A stretch of DNA of 64,000 nucleotides from Anaerolineales bacterium (GTDB lineage: Bacteria; Chloroflexota; Anaerolineae; Anaerolineales; Villigracilaceae), in NCBI GenBank assembly GCA_015075725.1, contig JABTTV010000001.1, forward strand, positions 3,461,223 to 3,525,222, written 5' to 3'. The notes under the pieces are model-generated. The model was not told where the DNA came from. It made no database searches and saw only the letters and a list, made by a program, of their open reading frames with translations. A program made the position numbers and the translations under genes. Position 1 is the first letter of the stretch. Each line of letters begins with the position of its first letter. Of the stretch, positions 55,790 to 64,000 are shown in pieces.

Positions 55790-56560
55790 CTAAAATTTCA
55801 GCACGTGCTGGGTCAATGTTTGATATTCCTTGGCAGCCCGGCACACAGGATCAAACTCAAAAATGGTTTTTCCCTCGGCGGCGCATTCCCGTAACAACGT
55901 GGAGCGATGGATGGGTGGCAGAACACTTGCATCAAACCGTTCCTTCAGGTTTTCCATCGTGGCTTTGCTCTCGCGGGTTTGTTCATCAAAGAAGGTCGGC
56001 AGGATGCCCAATAGATTTCCGCGCCAGTTTTTCTTTTCCTGAAGCACGCTCATCATGAGCAGCACCTTCGAGACGCCGTCGGCGGAAAGGAACTCGGTGG
56101 CAGTCGGCACGATCACGAGGTCGGAGGCCCAGACCGCGCGTTCCTGGATGCCGCCGACACTGGGCGCGGTGTCGAAGAGTATGTAGTGGAGTCCGTCCTT
56201 GAAGAAGCGCTGGATCGATTGGCGAATGGCGGAGATGGGTTTGTCCTGCGCGTTGAGCACGGTCTGGGCAGCCATCGTCTGTTGGTTGCCGGGCAGGAGG
56301 TATAGTCCTTCCCGACCGGAGAAACGCACCCATGACTGCACAAAGGTGGTCTCCTGCGGTGTGCTTCCCATTGTGAGCAGATAAAACGCGCCGGGTTCGG
56401 GGTTGAGTCCCTGTGCCGTGGCGGATTGACCTTGTGGGTCAAGATCGATCAGTAATACGCGCCGGCCTTTTTGAGACAGGCAGTGGGCGAGGGATACGGC
56501 AGTCGTGGTCTTGCCGACCCCGCCTTTTTGATTGGCAATACAGATGACTTTGGTGGACAT
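55790..56560 (-). CDS. parA: ParA/Soj family ATPase
   Basis: NQKGGVGKTT, IDLDPQG and FDTAPS motifs. Confidence 0.95.
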   Translation of the reverse strand: MSTKVICIANQKGGVGKTTTAVSLAHCLSQKGRRVLLIDLDPQGQSATAQGLNPEPGAFYLLTMGSTPQETTFVQSWVRFSGREGLYLLPGNQQTMAAQTVLNAQDKPISAIRQSIQRFFKDGLHYILFDTAPSVGGIQERAVWASDLVIVPTATEFLSADGVSKVLLMMSVLQEKKNWRGNLLGILPTFFDEQTRESKATMENLKERFDASVLPPIHRSTLLRECAAEGKTIFEFDPVCRAAKEYQTLTQHVLKF

Positions 56561-56611
56561 GATATGTTCCTATTTTTGAAAACGATGAAGATGGATCAGG
56601 CTCTGAGGGGA

Positions 56612-56695
56612 TCAGAACAAAAGAAAGAAAACGATCACCCCGATAAGGATGCTTCCGCCAAATATGGCGAGTCCGACGAAAATTCCTGTGAACAT
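56612..56695 (-). CDS. Possible 27-aa single-TM peptide
   Basis: MFTGIFVGLAIFGGSILIGVIVFFLLF; ATG 1 nt after the upstream TGA. Confidence 0.35.
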   Translation of the reverse strand: MFTGIFVGLAIFGGSILIGVIVFFLLF

Positions 56696-56696
56696 C

Positions 56697-56900
56697 TCAG
56701 GACTCGCTTTCTGTCTGTTCGGCGGAACCCGATTCAGTCTGTGGTGATTGGTGTTCTCCGGACATCGATTCGGATACAGGTGGGGATGCTGTTTTATTTT
56801 TACGATCCCTTCGCCAGCCAAGGATCATGCGATATACATGCCCCAGATTGCGGCGTTGTTCGGCGGTCAGTTCGATTTCCTGGGTGGGCTGTTCTAACAT
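56697..56900 (-). CDS. Small hypothetical protein
   Basis: 67 aa; start overlaps the upstream stop. Confidence 0.55.
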   Translation of the reverse strand: MLEQPTQEIELTAEQRRNLGHVYRMILGWRRDRKNKTASPPVSESMSGEHQSPQTESGSAEQTESES

Positions 56901-57103
56901 GCTGCACCCCTGTCATCGGTTTCGGCAGATAACTCGGTTTGTTTGTCTCCGCCTGCCAGTTGTCCCTCGATCAGTCCAAGACGCTTGAGTTCATTTCTGA
57001 TGATCAATGCTGCCTGTGACTTCACGGGTCGATATTCCTGTTGGGCTAATTGATTGAGTGCGTTCATTTCTGGTTCGAGAAGGTATATGACAACTCTGGC
57101 CAT
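56894..57103 (-). CDS. Small RHH-like DNA-binding protein, first gene of the backbone operon
   Basis: MARVVIYLLEPEMNALNQLAQQEYRPVKSQAALIIRNEL; CGAGG RBS. Confidence 0.6.
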   Translation of the reverse strand: MARVVIYLLEPEMNALNQLAQQEYRPVKSQAALIIRNELKRLGLIEGQLAGGDKQTELSAETDDRGAAC

Positions 57104-57126
57104 GTTCAACCTCGCTTGGGTTAAGA

Positions 57127-57155
57127 TAAAAGAGCCACGTACAGCGGCTCTTTTA
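57127..57155. terminator. Terminator-like hairpin upstream of the backbone operon
   Basis: TAAAAGAGCC-N9-GGCTCTTTTA. Confidence 0.5.
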
Positions 57156-57712
57156 CACGGCGGGAGTCAATTAATTCCCCATTATGAGTCACAGGAATTC
57201 TACGGAAATTCCGGCGGCATTATTTGATGGGTATTCTCGATACTCATGTAGCCCCTGAGAGTATTTTTGGAAAATGTAGTGGAGTGAATTAAAGATGAGT
57301 CTTATATGGGCGGGTTGGATATGATTGAATATCATCGTCTCTTTTCCTGAATATCCATCTGATGCGTACAATCAGGATAAAGAACAACACTATTCCAATC
57401 ACAATGGGGAAAAGGAAGAATACAATGCCCACGAGGAGACCGATAAATAATGAATTCATTTTTTACCCGTTAGGTATGATACTGGGTCAAAAAAACACTA
57501 CGTTAAGTACCATTTCATGCAGTATGAATTGAAATCGGGATGGTAAACGCCTCTATCGTTAGTGTAATGGACCCCATTTGCGTGAAAAATAATTGTATTT
57601 CAAAAAGATTAATGCCAAGTAGAAACCGCCATAGACGCAAATCACATAAATCCTATGCTAAATGTAATGTTTTTTAGGCGTTGTTATCAACTTGGATTTA
57701 CAGATCTCGTTG

Positions 57713-57749
57713 AAAAAAAATAAAAGCCGCATGAGCAGCGGCTTTTATT
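57713..57749 (-). terminator. Intrinsic terminator of 57771-58403
   Basis: AATAAAAGCCGC-N7-GCGGCTTTTATT followed by a T-run on the minus strand. Confidence 0.75.
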
Positions 57750-57770
57750 GGGGATTACTCTCTCTTGATT

Positions 57771-58403
57771 TTATGTTCCAGTTTCCTGTTGTAGGGCAGC
57801 GTTTTTGCGAAGTTCCTCAAATACCTTTTTTCGATTCTCGTAGAAACTGTTCTCAGACATGCAGGGAGTACCGTCAGCATACGTACCAAATTCCTGGGAA
57901 AGGAATTCGGTCAAGGTCATGGGGTTTCGGAATGGATCGCGATTTTCCCAGGCTAATACGACCCGCATCCAGCGATCAAGCGAGTGGGTGGGAGGTCTGC
58001 CGCGCCGTTTCCGTCTATCCATGCTTGCCAGCATTTGGGTTGTGTTTGAAATCCCTGATTCGAGCAGGCTCGTCTGAGGTTGAACTTCCTCATATCCCAG
58101 CAACGAAAGGAAATATCCGGTCTTTCTGATGGATCGGTGAATTTGCCAAAGGTCGATTCTGCGATGTCGAATGAAACGGTCCAGGCTCCAGCCGGCGCGC
58201 ATTCCAACCATTATTAACGCCAGGATAAGAATGGACATGAGTGCTGCCGCAACTTCGGCGAGTTCCTCCCCAAATCTTGTTTGAATTCGATGGAAGACCC
58301 AGAGGATCGAACCAAACAATAATCCACCGAATATGGACAAAATCAAATACAGCACCATCCGTAATTTAGGATGAATATGACTACGTTTGGTGTATTTAGA
58401 CAT
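57771..58403 (-). CDS. Membrane protein with basic C-terminal putative DNA-binding domain
   Basis: Two N-terminal TMs, RRKRRGRPP and a helical C-terminus; divergent from the Xis-like gene. Confidence 0.6.
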   Translation of the reverse strand: MSKYTKRSHIHPKLRMVLYLILSIFGGLLFGSILWVFHRIQTRFGEELAEVAAALMSILILALIMVGMRAGWSLDRFIRHRRIDLWQIHRSIRKTGYFLSLLGYEEVQPQTSLLESGISNTTQMLASMDRRKRRGRPPTHSLDRWMRVVLAWENRDPFRNPMTLTEFLSQEFGTYADGTPCMSENSFYENRKKVFEELRKNAALQQETGT

Positions 58404-58579
58404 AAGGCTAAAATTTTAATTGAGAAGCCCGAAAAAATGAATGTGAAAAAACTTACAATCACCTAACTACGAATTCATGAAATTCCCCAAGCCAATGGCC
58501 GTCGTATCGAATACATACTCCTTGCGACAAGCAAACTTACTGCCATCCAAGTTATAATTAATTTTGGGAGAATTGTTTT

Positions 58580-58795
58580 ATGGACGATTGGTTGACTACC
58601 TATGATGCTGCGCGTGTAAGCGGCTATAACCCGGATTACATCCGTCAATTGATTCGATCTAACAAAGTGGTGGGGCGAAAGTGGGGACCGTCATGGCAGG
58701 TCAGCCGGCGTTCCCTGGAAACTTATATAAAGCATGCAGAGAAACTGGGGGAACGTCGCGGAGCAAAGCCAAAGCCTGGTTCAAAAAGACGATAA
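58580..58795 (+). CDS. HTH_17/excisionase-like protein (RDF candidate)
   Basis: WLTTYDAARVSGYNPDYIRQLIRSNKV...KWGPSWQVSR. Confidence 0.85.
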   Translation: MDDWLTTYDAARVSGYNPDYIRQLIRSNKVVGRKWGPSWQVSRRSLETYIKHAEKLGERRGAKPKPGSKRR

Positions 58796-58815
58796 ATCGA
58801 TGGGGCGGGGGATTA

Positions 58816-58867
58816 TTGACTTTTGATTTCTGTGTAGTATAATTATCGTATCAGTACGATAATTATA
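58816..58867 (+). promoter_or_regulatory. Sigma70 promoter for the integrase region, overlapped by a 13-4-13 perfect palindrome
   Basis: TTGACT-N16-TATAAT (58816-58843); TATAATTATCGTA-TCAG-TACGATAATTATA (58838-58867). Confidence 0.7.
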
Positions 58868-58982
58868 TCTGTTGAAACGGGCCGTGAATGTGGTGGAACA
58901 CACGCACGACCCTGACCCAACCCACCGATAGAAGCGGAGGGACGGGCTGACTTCATTATATCAGCCCAGTTTTCACGCCCTG

Positions 58983-59297
58983 GTGGGATTCACCGGGGCG
59001 ATTTCTTTTCTGACCGGGCAGAATGAGGTCGCTCCAATAATCAAAAGGAGCCATCTGATGCTAAACATGAATCCAAGTCCACGAACAAAAGCTATTTCGA
59101 TCCTTTCCAAATTCCGCCAGGAGTGGCAGGAGGCAGCAAGCGGAAAGAGCCTGTTGGAGGTTGAAGGAAATATCGGCATGGTATTAGCCGATCTTGTGAA
59201 TTCCTTTGAACTTGCCTCCCATGAACAATCCCTTGTGTTGGGACCACAGCTCTTTGAGGAAATGCGGGAAATCCTTTACCAGCCGTCCCGCAACTAA
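58983..59297 (+). CDS. Hypothetical protein upstream of the integrase
   Basis: Helical ORF; true start may be MLNMNP at about 59057. Confidence 0.55.
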   Translation: MGFTGAISFLTGQNEVAPIIKRSHLMLNMNPSPRTKAISILSKFRQEWQEAASGKSLLEVEGNIGMVLADLVNSFELASHEQSLVLGPQLFEEMREILYQPSRN

Positions 59298-59373
59298 GCG
59301 ACAGCCAGCCCGGTCTGGCACTGCTAATCCTATACCATTCCCCCAAAAATAATATTACCCCTGAAGGAAGATT

Positions 59374-61074
59374 ATGAATACAATTAAACGTGCTGTACTA
59401 TATGCAAGAGTTTCCAGCGATGACCGCGGCAAGGAAGGACGTAATCTGGCAGGACAATTGGAAATGTGCCGGGATTTTGCACTCGACAATGGATGGCAAG
59501 TCATTGCAGAATTAGCCGAGGATGATCGTGGTGCATCCGGCGCTTCATTTGAATTACCTGAACTTAATCACGCACGTGATATGGCGCAAAAAGGGGAGTT
59601 TGATGTATTGGTGGTTCGCGAGATTGACCGCCTCAGTCGTAAGCTTGCGAAGCAACTTATCGTTGAAGAACAATTGAACCGGGCCGGTGTCGAAGTTGTT
59701 TATGTACTTGCCAGTTACGAGAACTCGCCGGAAGGGCGTTTGAACAAACATATTCGTGCGACTATCGCTGAATACGAACGTGAGAAAATTGCCGAGCGCA
59801 TGGTGCGCGGAAGGCGGCAGGTGGTCAAAAACGGGAAGATTATGCTTCACGGAAATAAGCCCCCATTTGGTTATCGCTTATCAGAGGATGGAAAAAATTT
59901 GGTAATTCATGAAGAGGAGGCAGCAGTCGTACGAATGGTTTACAGGTTTTATGTTGAGGGCGACGAACGTGGAAAACGTCTGTCTGCACGTGATATTGCC
60001 AAAAGATTGACCGCAATGAAAGTTCCCACCTGGGCGGATATTCGCGGGATGTTCAAAAAGCGCGGAAAAGGAGAATGGTCCGGGAGGTTGGTCATGCGGA
60101 TTTTGGGTTCAGAAACATATGCAGGCCATTGGCATTACGGAAAGCGAAACACTTTCGGAGGTTACCACCCGAACAACGCCCGTGAATGGTGGCTGTCCTT
60201 TGATGTACCGGCGATTGTCTCTGAGGAAACATGGAAACGCGCACAAATTCAACGAAAGTTGAACACCAGTGAATCACTTCGCCATATAAAGAGAGAGTAT
60301 TTACTTCGGAGTCGGGTTAGGTGTGGTTTGTGCAAAAGCAGTGTCAATTGCTATGCTACTCGACCAACTGGTAAGGAGCTTCGATATTATCTTTACTATC
60401 GTTGTAATGGTTATATGGGGAACATTGCCAATGTCGAGTGCAACCTTCCGAGTTTTCGAGTCGATATTGTTGACCCATTGGTTTGGAACTGGGTAAAAGA
60501 TCTCCTCACGAAACCCGGGGTGTTGGAGCATGGACTTGCTGAGTATCAGGAAGGAAGAGAGCAGTTCTGCGCTCCGATTCGCGATCGCTTGATTGTTTTG
60601 GAGGATCTATGGCAGGGTTCAAAATCTCAACTGGATCGTGTTCTCGATCTATATATATCTGGACAGGTTCAAAGGGAGTTGCTGATTGATAAAAAACAAC
60701 AATTGGAATCGACCCTTGCAGCTTTTGAGAAGGAACGTGATGAATTGAATTTGAACCTGGAATCGGAAGCTTTAACAGATAATGAGATTCGTCAAATTGT
60801 GGAATTCGCTGCTCAGATTGCAGAGGGGTTGGAGCCGGGCGACGAATCGTTTGAAGATCGCAGGAGAATTATTGAACTGTTGGATGTGAGAGCATCTTTT
60901 ATAGTGGAAGACAATCAAAAATATGTAGATGTATGGTGTTTCTTGGGTAGAAACAAGTTATCGATTGGGGACCCTACTTCTCGAAATGCGGAACGCGCCA
61001 ATGATCGTCGGTGCTGTAGCGAGAGAAGCCGCCGCCGACCACATCGTACATCCCGCCGCGCGCCATGGTTTTGA
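59374..61074 (+). CDS. Large serine recombinase (integrase)
   Basis: YARVSS catalytic Ser, IDRLSR, recombinase domain PFGY, Zn ribbon CGLC...C...C and coiled coil. Confidence 0.95.
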   Translation: MNTIKRAVLYARVSSDDRGKEGRNLAGQLEMCRDFALDNGWQVIAELAEDDRGASGASFELPELNHARDMAQKGEFDVLVVREIDRLSRKLAKQLIVEEQLNRAGVEVVYVLASYENSPEGRLNKHIRATIAEYEREKIAERMVRGRRQVVKNGKIMLHGNKPPFGYRLSEDGKNLVIHEEEAAVVRMVYRFYVEGDERGKRLSARDIAKRLTAMKVPTWADIRGMFKKRGKGEWSGRLVMRILGSETYAGHWHYGKRNTFGGYHPNNAREWWLSFDVPAIVSEETWKRAQIQRKLNTSESLRHIKREYLLRSRVRCGLCKSSVNCYATRPTGKELRYYLYYRCNGYMGNIANVECNLPSFRVDIVDPLVWNWVKDLLTKPGVLEHGLAEYQEGREQFCAPIRDRLIVLEDLWQGSKSQLDRVLDLYISGQVQRELLIDKKQQLESTLAAFEKERDELNLNLESEALTDNEIRQIVEFAAQIAEGLEPGDESFEDRRRIIELLDVRASFIVEDNQKYVDVWCFLGRNKLSIGDPTSRNAERANDRRCCSERSRRRPHRTSRRAPWF

Positions 61075-61771
61075 GACAGTGTTCGATGAGTTTGAGATAT
61101 TCATCCTGTTTGCGCGCAATCGCATGATGAAGTAAAAATTCGAGCGCCATGGGCTGGGGGAATTTCGGCGCGTCACCCCAACCGCCCGTGCCCCAGTAAT
61201 ACGCCGCCTGAATGGCTTTTGCGATGGCGTCGAGATGTTCTGACGTCAGTCGTTCATCCCCGTCGAGTTTTACTTGAGAATGTAGATGCTGATAGACCTT
61301 GACGCCGGTATCTTCTATTTCATTGCGTTGATTTTCCCAGGCATTTGCAAGCCCTTCCAGCACCTCCCGAAATGATGGCATGTTGTATCTGCGGGTCGGC
61401 GGGAAGTACGTGCCTGCGTAAAACGGCTTGAGGTCCGGCGTCAGGAACACGGACATGGGCCAGCCGCCCGAGCCAGTCATTGCAATGGTCGCCTGCATGT
61501 AGATGTTGTCGAGGTCGGGGCGCTCCTCGCGGTCCACTTTGATGTTGACGAAATGCTCGTTCATGAACGCCGCGGTTTCGGGGTTTTCGAATGACTCATG
61601 TGCCATGACGTGACACCAGTGACATGCGGCGTACCCTATGGATAGAAAGATCGGTTTGTTTTCGATTTTGGCTTTATTCAATGCTTCATCCCCCCAGGGA
61701 AGCCAATTCACCGGGTTTTCTGCATGCTGGAGAAGGTAGGGGGAGGTTGCAGTTGCAAGACGGTTGGACAT
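60974..61771 (-). pseudogene. yyaL: 5' part (265 aa) of a yyaL/DUF255 thioredoxin-domain (SPATA20-like) gene, truncated by the ICE
   Basis: [19 protein letters not shown] and KVDREERPD motifs. It ends at HWRVPHFEK*, whereas the family continues (HFEKMLYDN...) to roughly 680 aa. Confidence 0.85.
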
Positions 61772-61881
61772 ATTGCCTTTGAAAGGAGTGGTCTACGAAT
61801 TATATCGGATAGCACGTATTTTCAATTCCTGGATTTACGGGTATCATGCCCGCACAATGAAACAAGGACTGGTCAACTGAA

Positions 61882-62463
61882 ATGATGGAAAAAAACAAAC
61901 CGATCTATATCGTCTCCGGCTTGCCGCGCTCGGGGACATCGATGATGATGAAGATGCTCGAAGCGGGCGGGTTGGAAATCCTCACCGATAACATCCGCAC
62001 GGCGGACGACGATAATTTGCAGGGCTATTATGAATTCGAGCGGGTGAAGCAATTGAAGGAAGGGGATATCGCCTGGGTGGGCGATGCACGGGGGAAGGTC
62101 GTCAAGGTCATCTCCGCATTACTGGAACACCTGCCTTCGGAATATTCCTATAAGGTCATCTTTATGGAGCGTGAGATGATGGAGATCCTCGCCTCCCAGC
62201 GCAAGATGCTCGAGCGGCGTGGAAAGACAGGGAATCCCGCGGAGGATGGAAAGTTTGCCGAATTGTATGGGAAACACCTGGACAAGGTCAAAGCCTGGCT
62301 GGGGGCGCAGCTCAATATGGATGTATTATTCGTCCGGTATAACGATCTTTTGAAGGCGCCTGCTGAATTTGCAGCAAAGTCTGCGGACTTCTTGGGAATC
62401 CCGTTGGATACCCCGGCCATGATCGCTGTCCCTCAGGAGCAGTTTTACCGCCAACGGAAGTAA
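61882..62463 (+). CDS. Sulfotransferase-family protein
   Basis: IVSGLPRSGTSMMM PAPS-binding loop and VIFMER...ILAS. Confidence 0.8.
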   Translation: MMEKNKPIYIVSGLPRSGTSMMMKMLEAGGLEILTDNIRTADDDNLQGYYEFERVKQLKEGDIAWVGDARGKVVKVISALLEHLPSEYSYKVIFMEREMMEILASQRKMLERRGKTGNPAEDGKFAELYGKHLDKVKAWLGAQLNMDVLFVRYNDLLKAPAEFAAKSADFLGIPLDTPAMIAVPQEQFYRQRK

Positions 62464-62482
62464 AACGGAGTTGCAATCCGGC

Positions 62483-64000
62483 TCACAAATACGGTTCGTT
62501 CGACTCGTCCAACCGGGTCTTGACCATGTCAACCATTTCGGCAGCGGTTTCCCTTTTCGTTTGGGACAATTCGCTGAGTTCTTCCGGGTCTGACTTTACA
62601 TCGTATAGTATGAATCGTTCCTTATCCGCGTCGATTTCCTTATAACCGGTGTAGTAGACGAGTTTGTAATTGTCCTGCACGAGCATCACGCTGGCTTCGG
62701 TAAGAGGCAAGGCCGGGTCGTTATATCTTGCCTGCACAGCCATCACACCGCTTGTCCCTGAACCAGAGGCGGAGGCGTATGGCGGCAGGATCGATCCCTC
62801 TGCCCAGGCGGGAATCTCGTGCCCGGTGAGATGAAGAAGCGTGGGCATCAGGTCGATGGCTGAGGTGGGAGCGTAGACATCCCGCCCGGTCTGATTTCCC
62901 GGCTCGAAGATCAAAAGCGGCACGCGCACGACGGGCTGGTACAACGCCGCAGTGGAATGGGTCCAAATGCCGCGCTCGAAGAGTTCGCCGTGATCGGAGG
63001 TGAAGACAAGCCAGGTATCATCCAGCAAGCCCGAGGATTCGAGTTTGTCGAAAAATCTGGCGAATTCGTTATCGAGATCGAGAATGAATTCGTCGTAGGG
63101 AACCCGCCATTTGTTCAGGAAATCGTCCGACCTGCCTTCGGTGAACAGGTCTTGGGGTTTGCTTAATGGTTTGAACGAATCGTATGAAAAGACCCCGGCG
63201 AAATCTCTGTTCGGCTTGTAGGGGTAATGCGGCGGCAGGAAGTGGAAGTACCCCATGAAGGGTTGGGGGATTTCAGACATTCGAGCCCCAAGAGCGTCAA
63301 TGCTCTGGTCGAGCATGAAGTAATTGTCCTTGTTGACGTTGGGTAATCCGTACGGATACCGGTCAGCGACGTCCTTAACTTTGCTGTTGCGGTATTGTTC
63401 GTAGAACGACGAAAGGAACAATGAATAGGAATATCCCTCGGTGCGTTTAATGGTCCGCGCCCAGGCGACAGTGGCGGCGTCTTGATCGTTCCTGAAGGCG
63501 GATTGGATGAAACCATCGTTGAAGATAAAGAACTTATCCTGCGGGATGCGCTCGTCCATGTCGCTTAAAAACTGACTAAAGAGCGTGTTGACGAGTGTGT
63601 TGTGGGAGTAGCCGATGCAGTAATAATCGTCGAAGGCGCGGAAGATGCTCTTCCCGGCGAAATCATCTTTCATGCCGTCATTGAATCGGATGGCGCGATG
63701 GGTCCAAGGAAGGGTCCCGGTCAGGAGAGACGCCGTTCCAGGCGTGGTGTAATTTCCGCCGGCGTAATGATTGTGAAAGACCGTTGCGCGTTTCGCCAGC
63801 CGCGAAAGATTGGGCATGGTGTCGCGCTCGTATCCATACAATGAAATGTTATATGCGCTCAATGCGTCGAAGACGACGATCACAACGTTCTTCTTATCAC
63901 CCTGCAAGCGACTCCCGGCAAGTTGAATGGAGGGCGGGATGACCAACCCGAGTGAAGCAAGCCCTGCGAGTTTCAGAAAATCGCGCCTGTTTATTCCGCC
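62483..64000 (-). CDS. Tat-exported sulfatase/alkaline-phosphatase-fold protein (start beyond the right edge)
   Basis: The frame stays open to 64000, giving GGINRRDFLKLAGL (Tat motif). Also VVFDAL, TTPGTASLLTG, HFLPPHYPY and TSDHGE. Confidence 0.85.
   Translation of the reverse strand, partial: GGINRRDFLKLAGLASLGLVIPPSIQLAGSRLQGDKKNVVIVVFDALSAYNISLYGYERDTMPNLSRLAKRATVFHNHYAGGNYTTPGTASLLTGTLPWTHRAIRFNDGMKDDFAGKSIFRAFDDYYCIGYSHNTLVNTLFSQFLSDMDERIPQDKFFIFNDGFIQSAFRNDQDAATVAWARTIKRTEGYSYSLFLSSFYEQYRNSKVKDVADRYPYGLPNVNKDNYFMLDQSIDALGARMSEIPQPFMGYFHFLPPHYPYKPNRDFAGVFSYDSFKPLSKPQDLFTEGRSDDFLNKWRVPYDEFILDLDNEFARFFDKLESSGLLDDTWLVFTSDHGELFERGIWTHSTAALYQPVVRVPLLIFEPGNQTGRDVYAPTSAIDLMPTLLHLTGHEIPAWAEGSILPPYASASGSGTSGVMAVQARYNDPALPLTEASVMLVQDNYKLVYYTGYKEIDADKERFILYDVKSDPEELSELSQTKRETAAEMVDMVKTRLDESNEPYL

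Larger units (their letters stand above)
1..60976. mobile_element. Integrative and conjugative element (right part; left end outside window) integrated in yyaL
   Basis: Terminal large serine recombinase, an Xis-like HTH, Rep/ParA and Tad/T4SS-like transfer genes, cargo islands, and a host gene truncated exactly at 60974-60976. Confidence 0.85.

Noticed and set aside
58870-58980. Possible structured RNA or leader upstream of the integrase operon
   Set aside because: GC-rich with short stems, but I could not match it to any riboswitch or sRNA family by eye. An Rfam/Infernal search would be needed.
1-64000. tRNA, rRNA or IS transposase genes
   Set aside because: No cloverleaf, rRNA-like or DDE/HUH transposase sequence was recognised. 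The integration target is a protein gene, not a tRNA.

Overview
About the first 61 kb of this window looks like the right-hand part of a large integrative and conjugative element (ICE). The host is probably a Chloroflexota (Anaerolineae-like) bacterium, which I infer from protein types and the LexA-box type. A large serine recombinase (59374-61074) sits at the end, and the element has integrated into a yyaL/DUF255 thioredoxin-domain gene, which stops abruptly at ...HWRVPHFEK*. The minus-strand backbone carries ParA with RHH partners, a DnaA-N-fused replication initiator with an internal iteron array, and a Flp/Tad pilus plus T4SS-like (VirB6/PrgI/VirB2-like) transfer module. No motor ATPase for that module is visible in the window. 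Cargo blocks interrupt the backbone: (i) a Cd/Cu-type metal-resistance block; (ii) a LexA-boxed, archaeal PolB2/Dpo2-type three-gene damage-tolerance polymerase cassette, followed by HNH, PD-(D/E)XK and ART-like orphans; (iii) an AT-rich cassette encoding an HhH DNA glycosylase, an NMP kinase, PfkB, a tandem NDT protein and an orphan ABC importer; (iv) a defence island of AddAB, Shango, a CapK/CapS-like kinase/STAS-wHTH regulator pair, and a pPIWI-RE (PIWI-family) operon that runs off the left edge. The most novel-looking systems are the CapK/CapS-controlled pPIWI-RE operon with its operator palindrome and the glycosylase/NDT/kinase cassette. Positions 60977-64000 are host chromosome: truncated yyaL, a sulfotransferase and a Tat-exported sulfatase-fold protein. 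All family assignments are by motif recognition only; no database searches were run.
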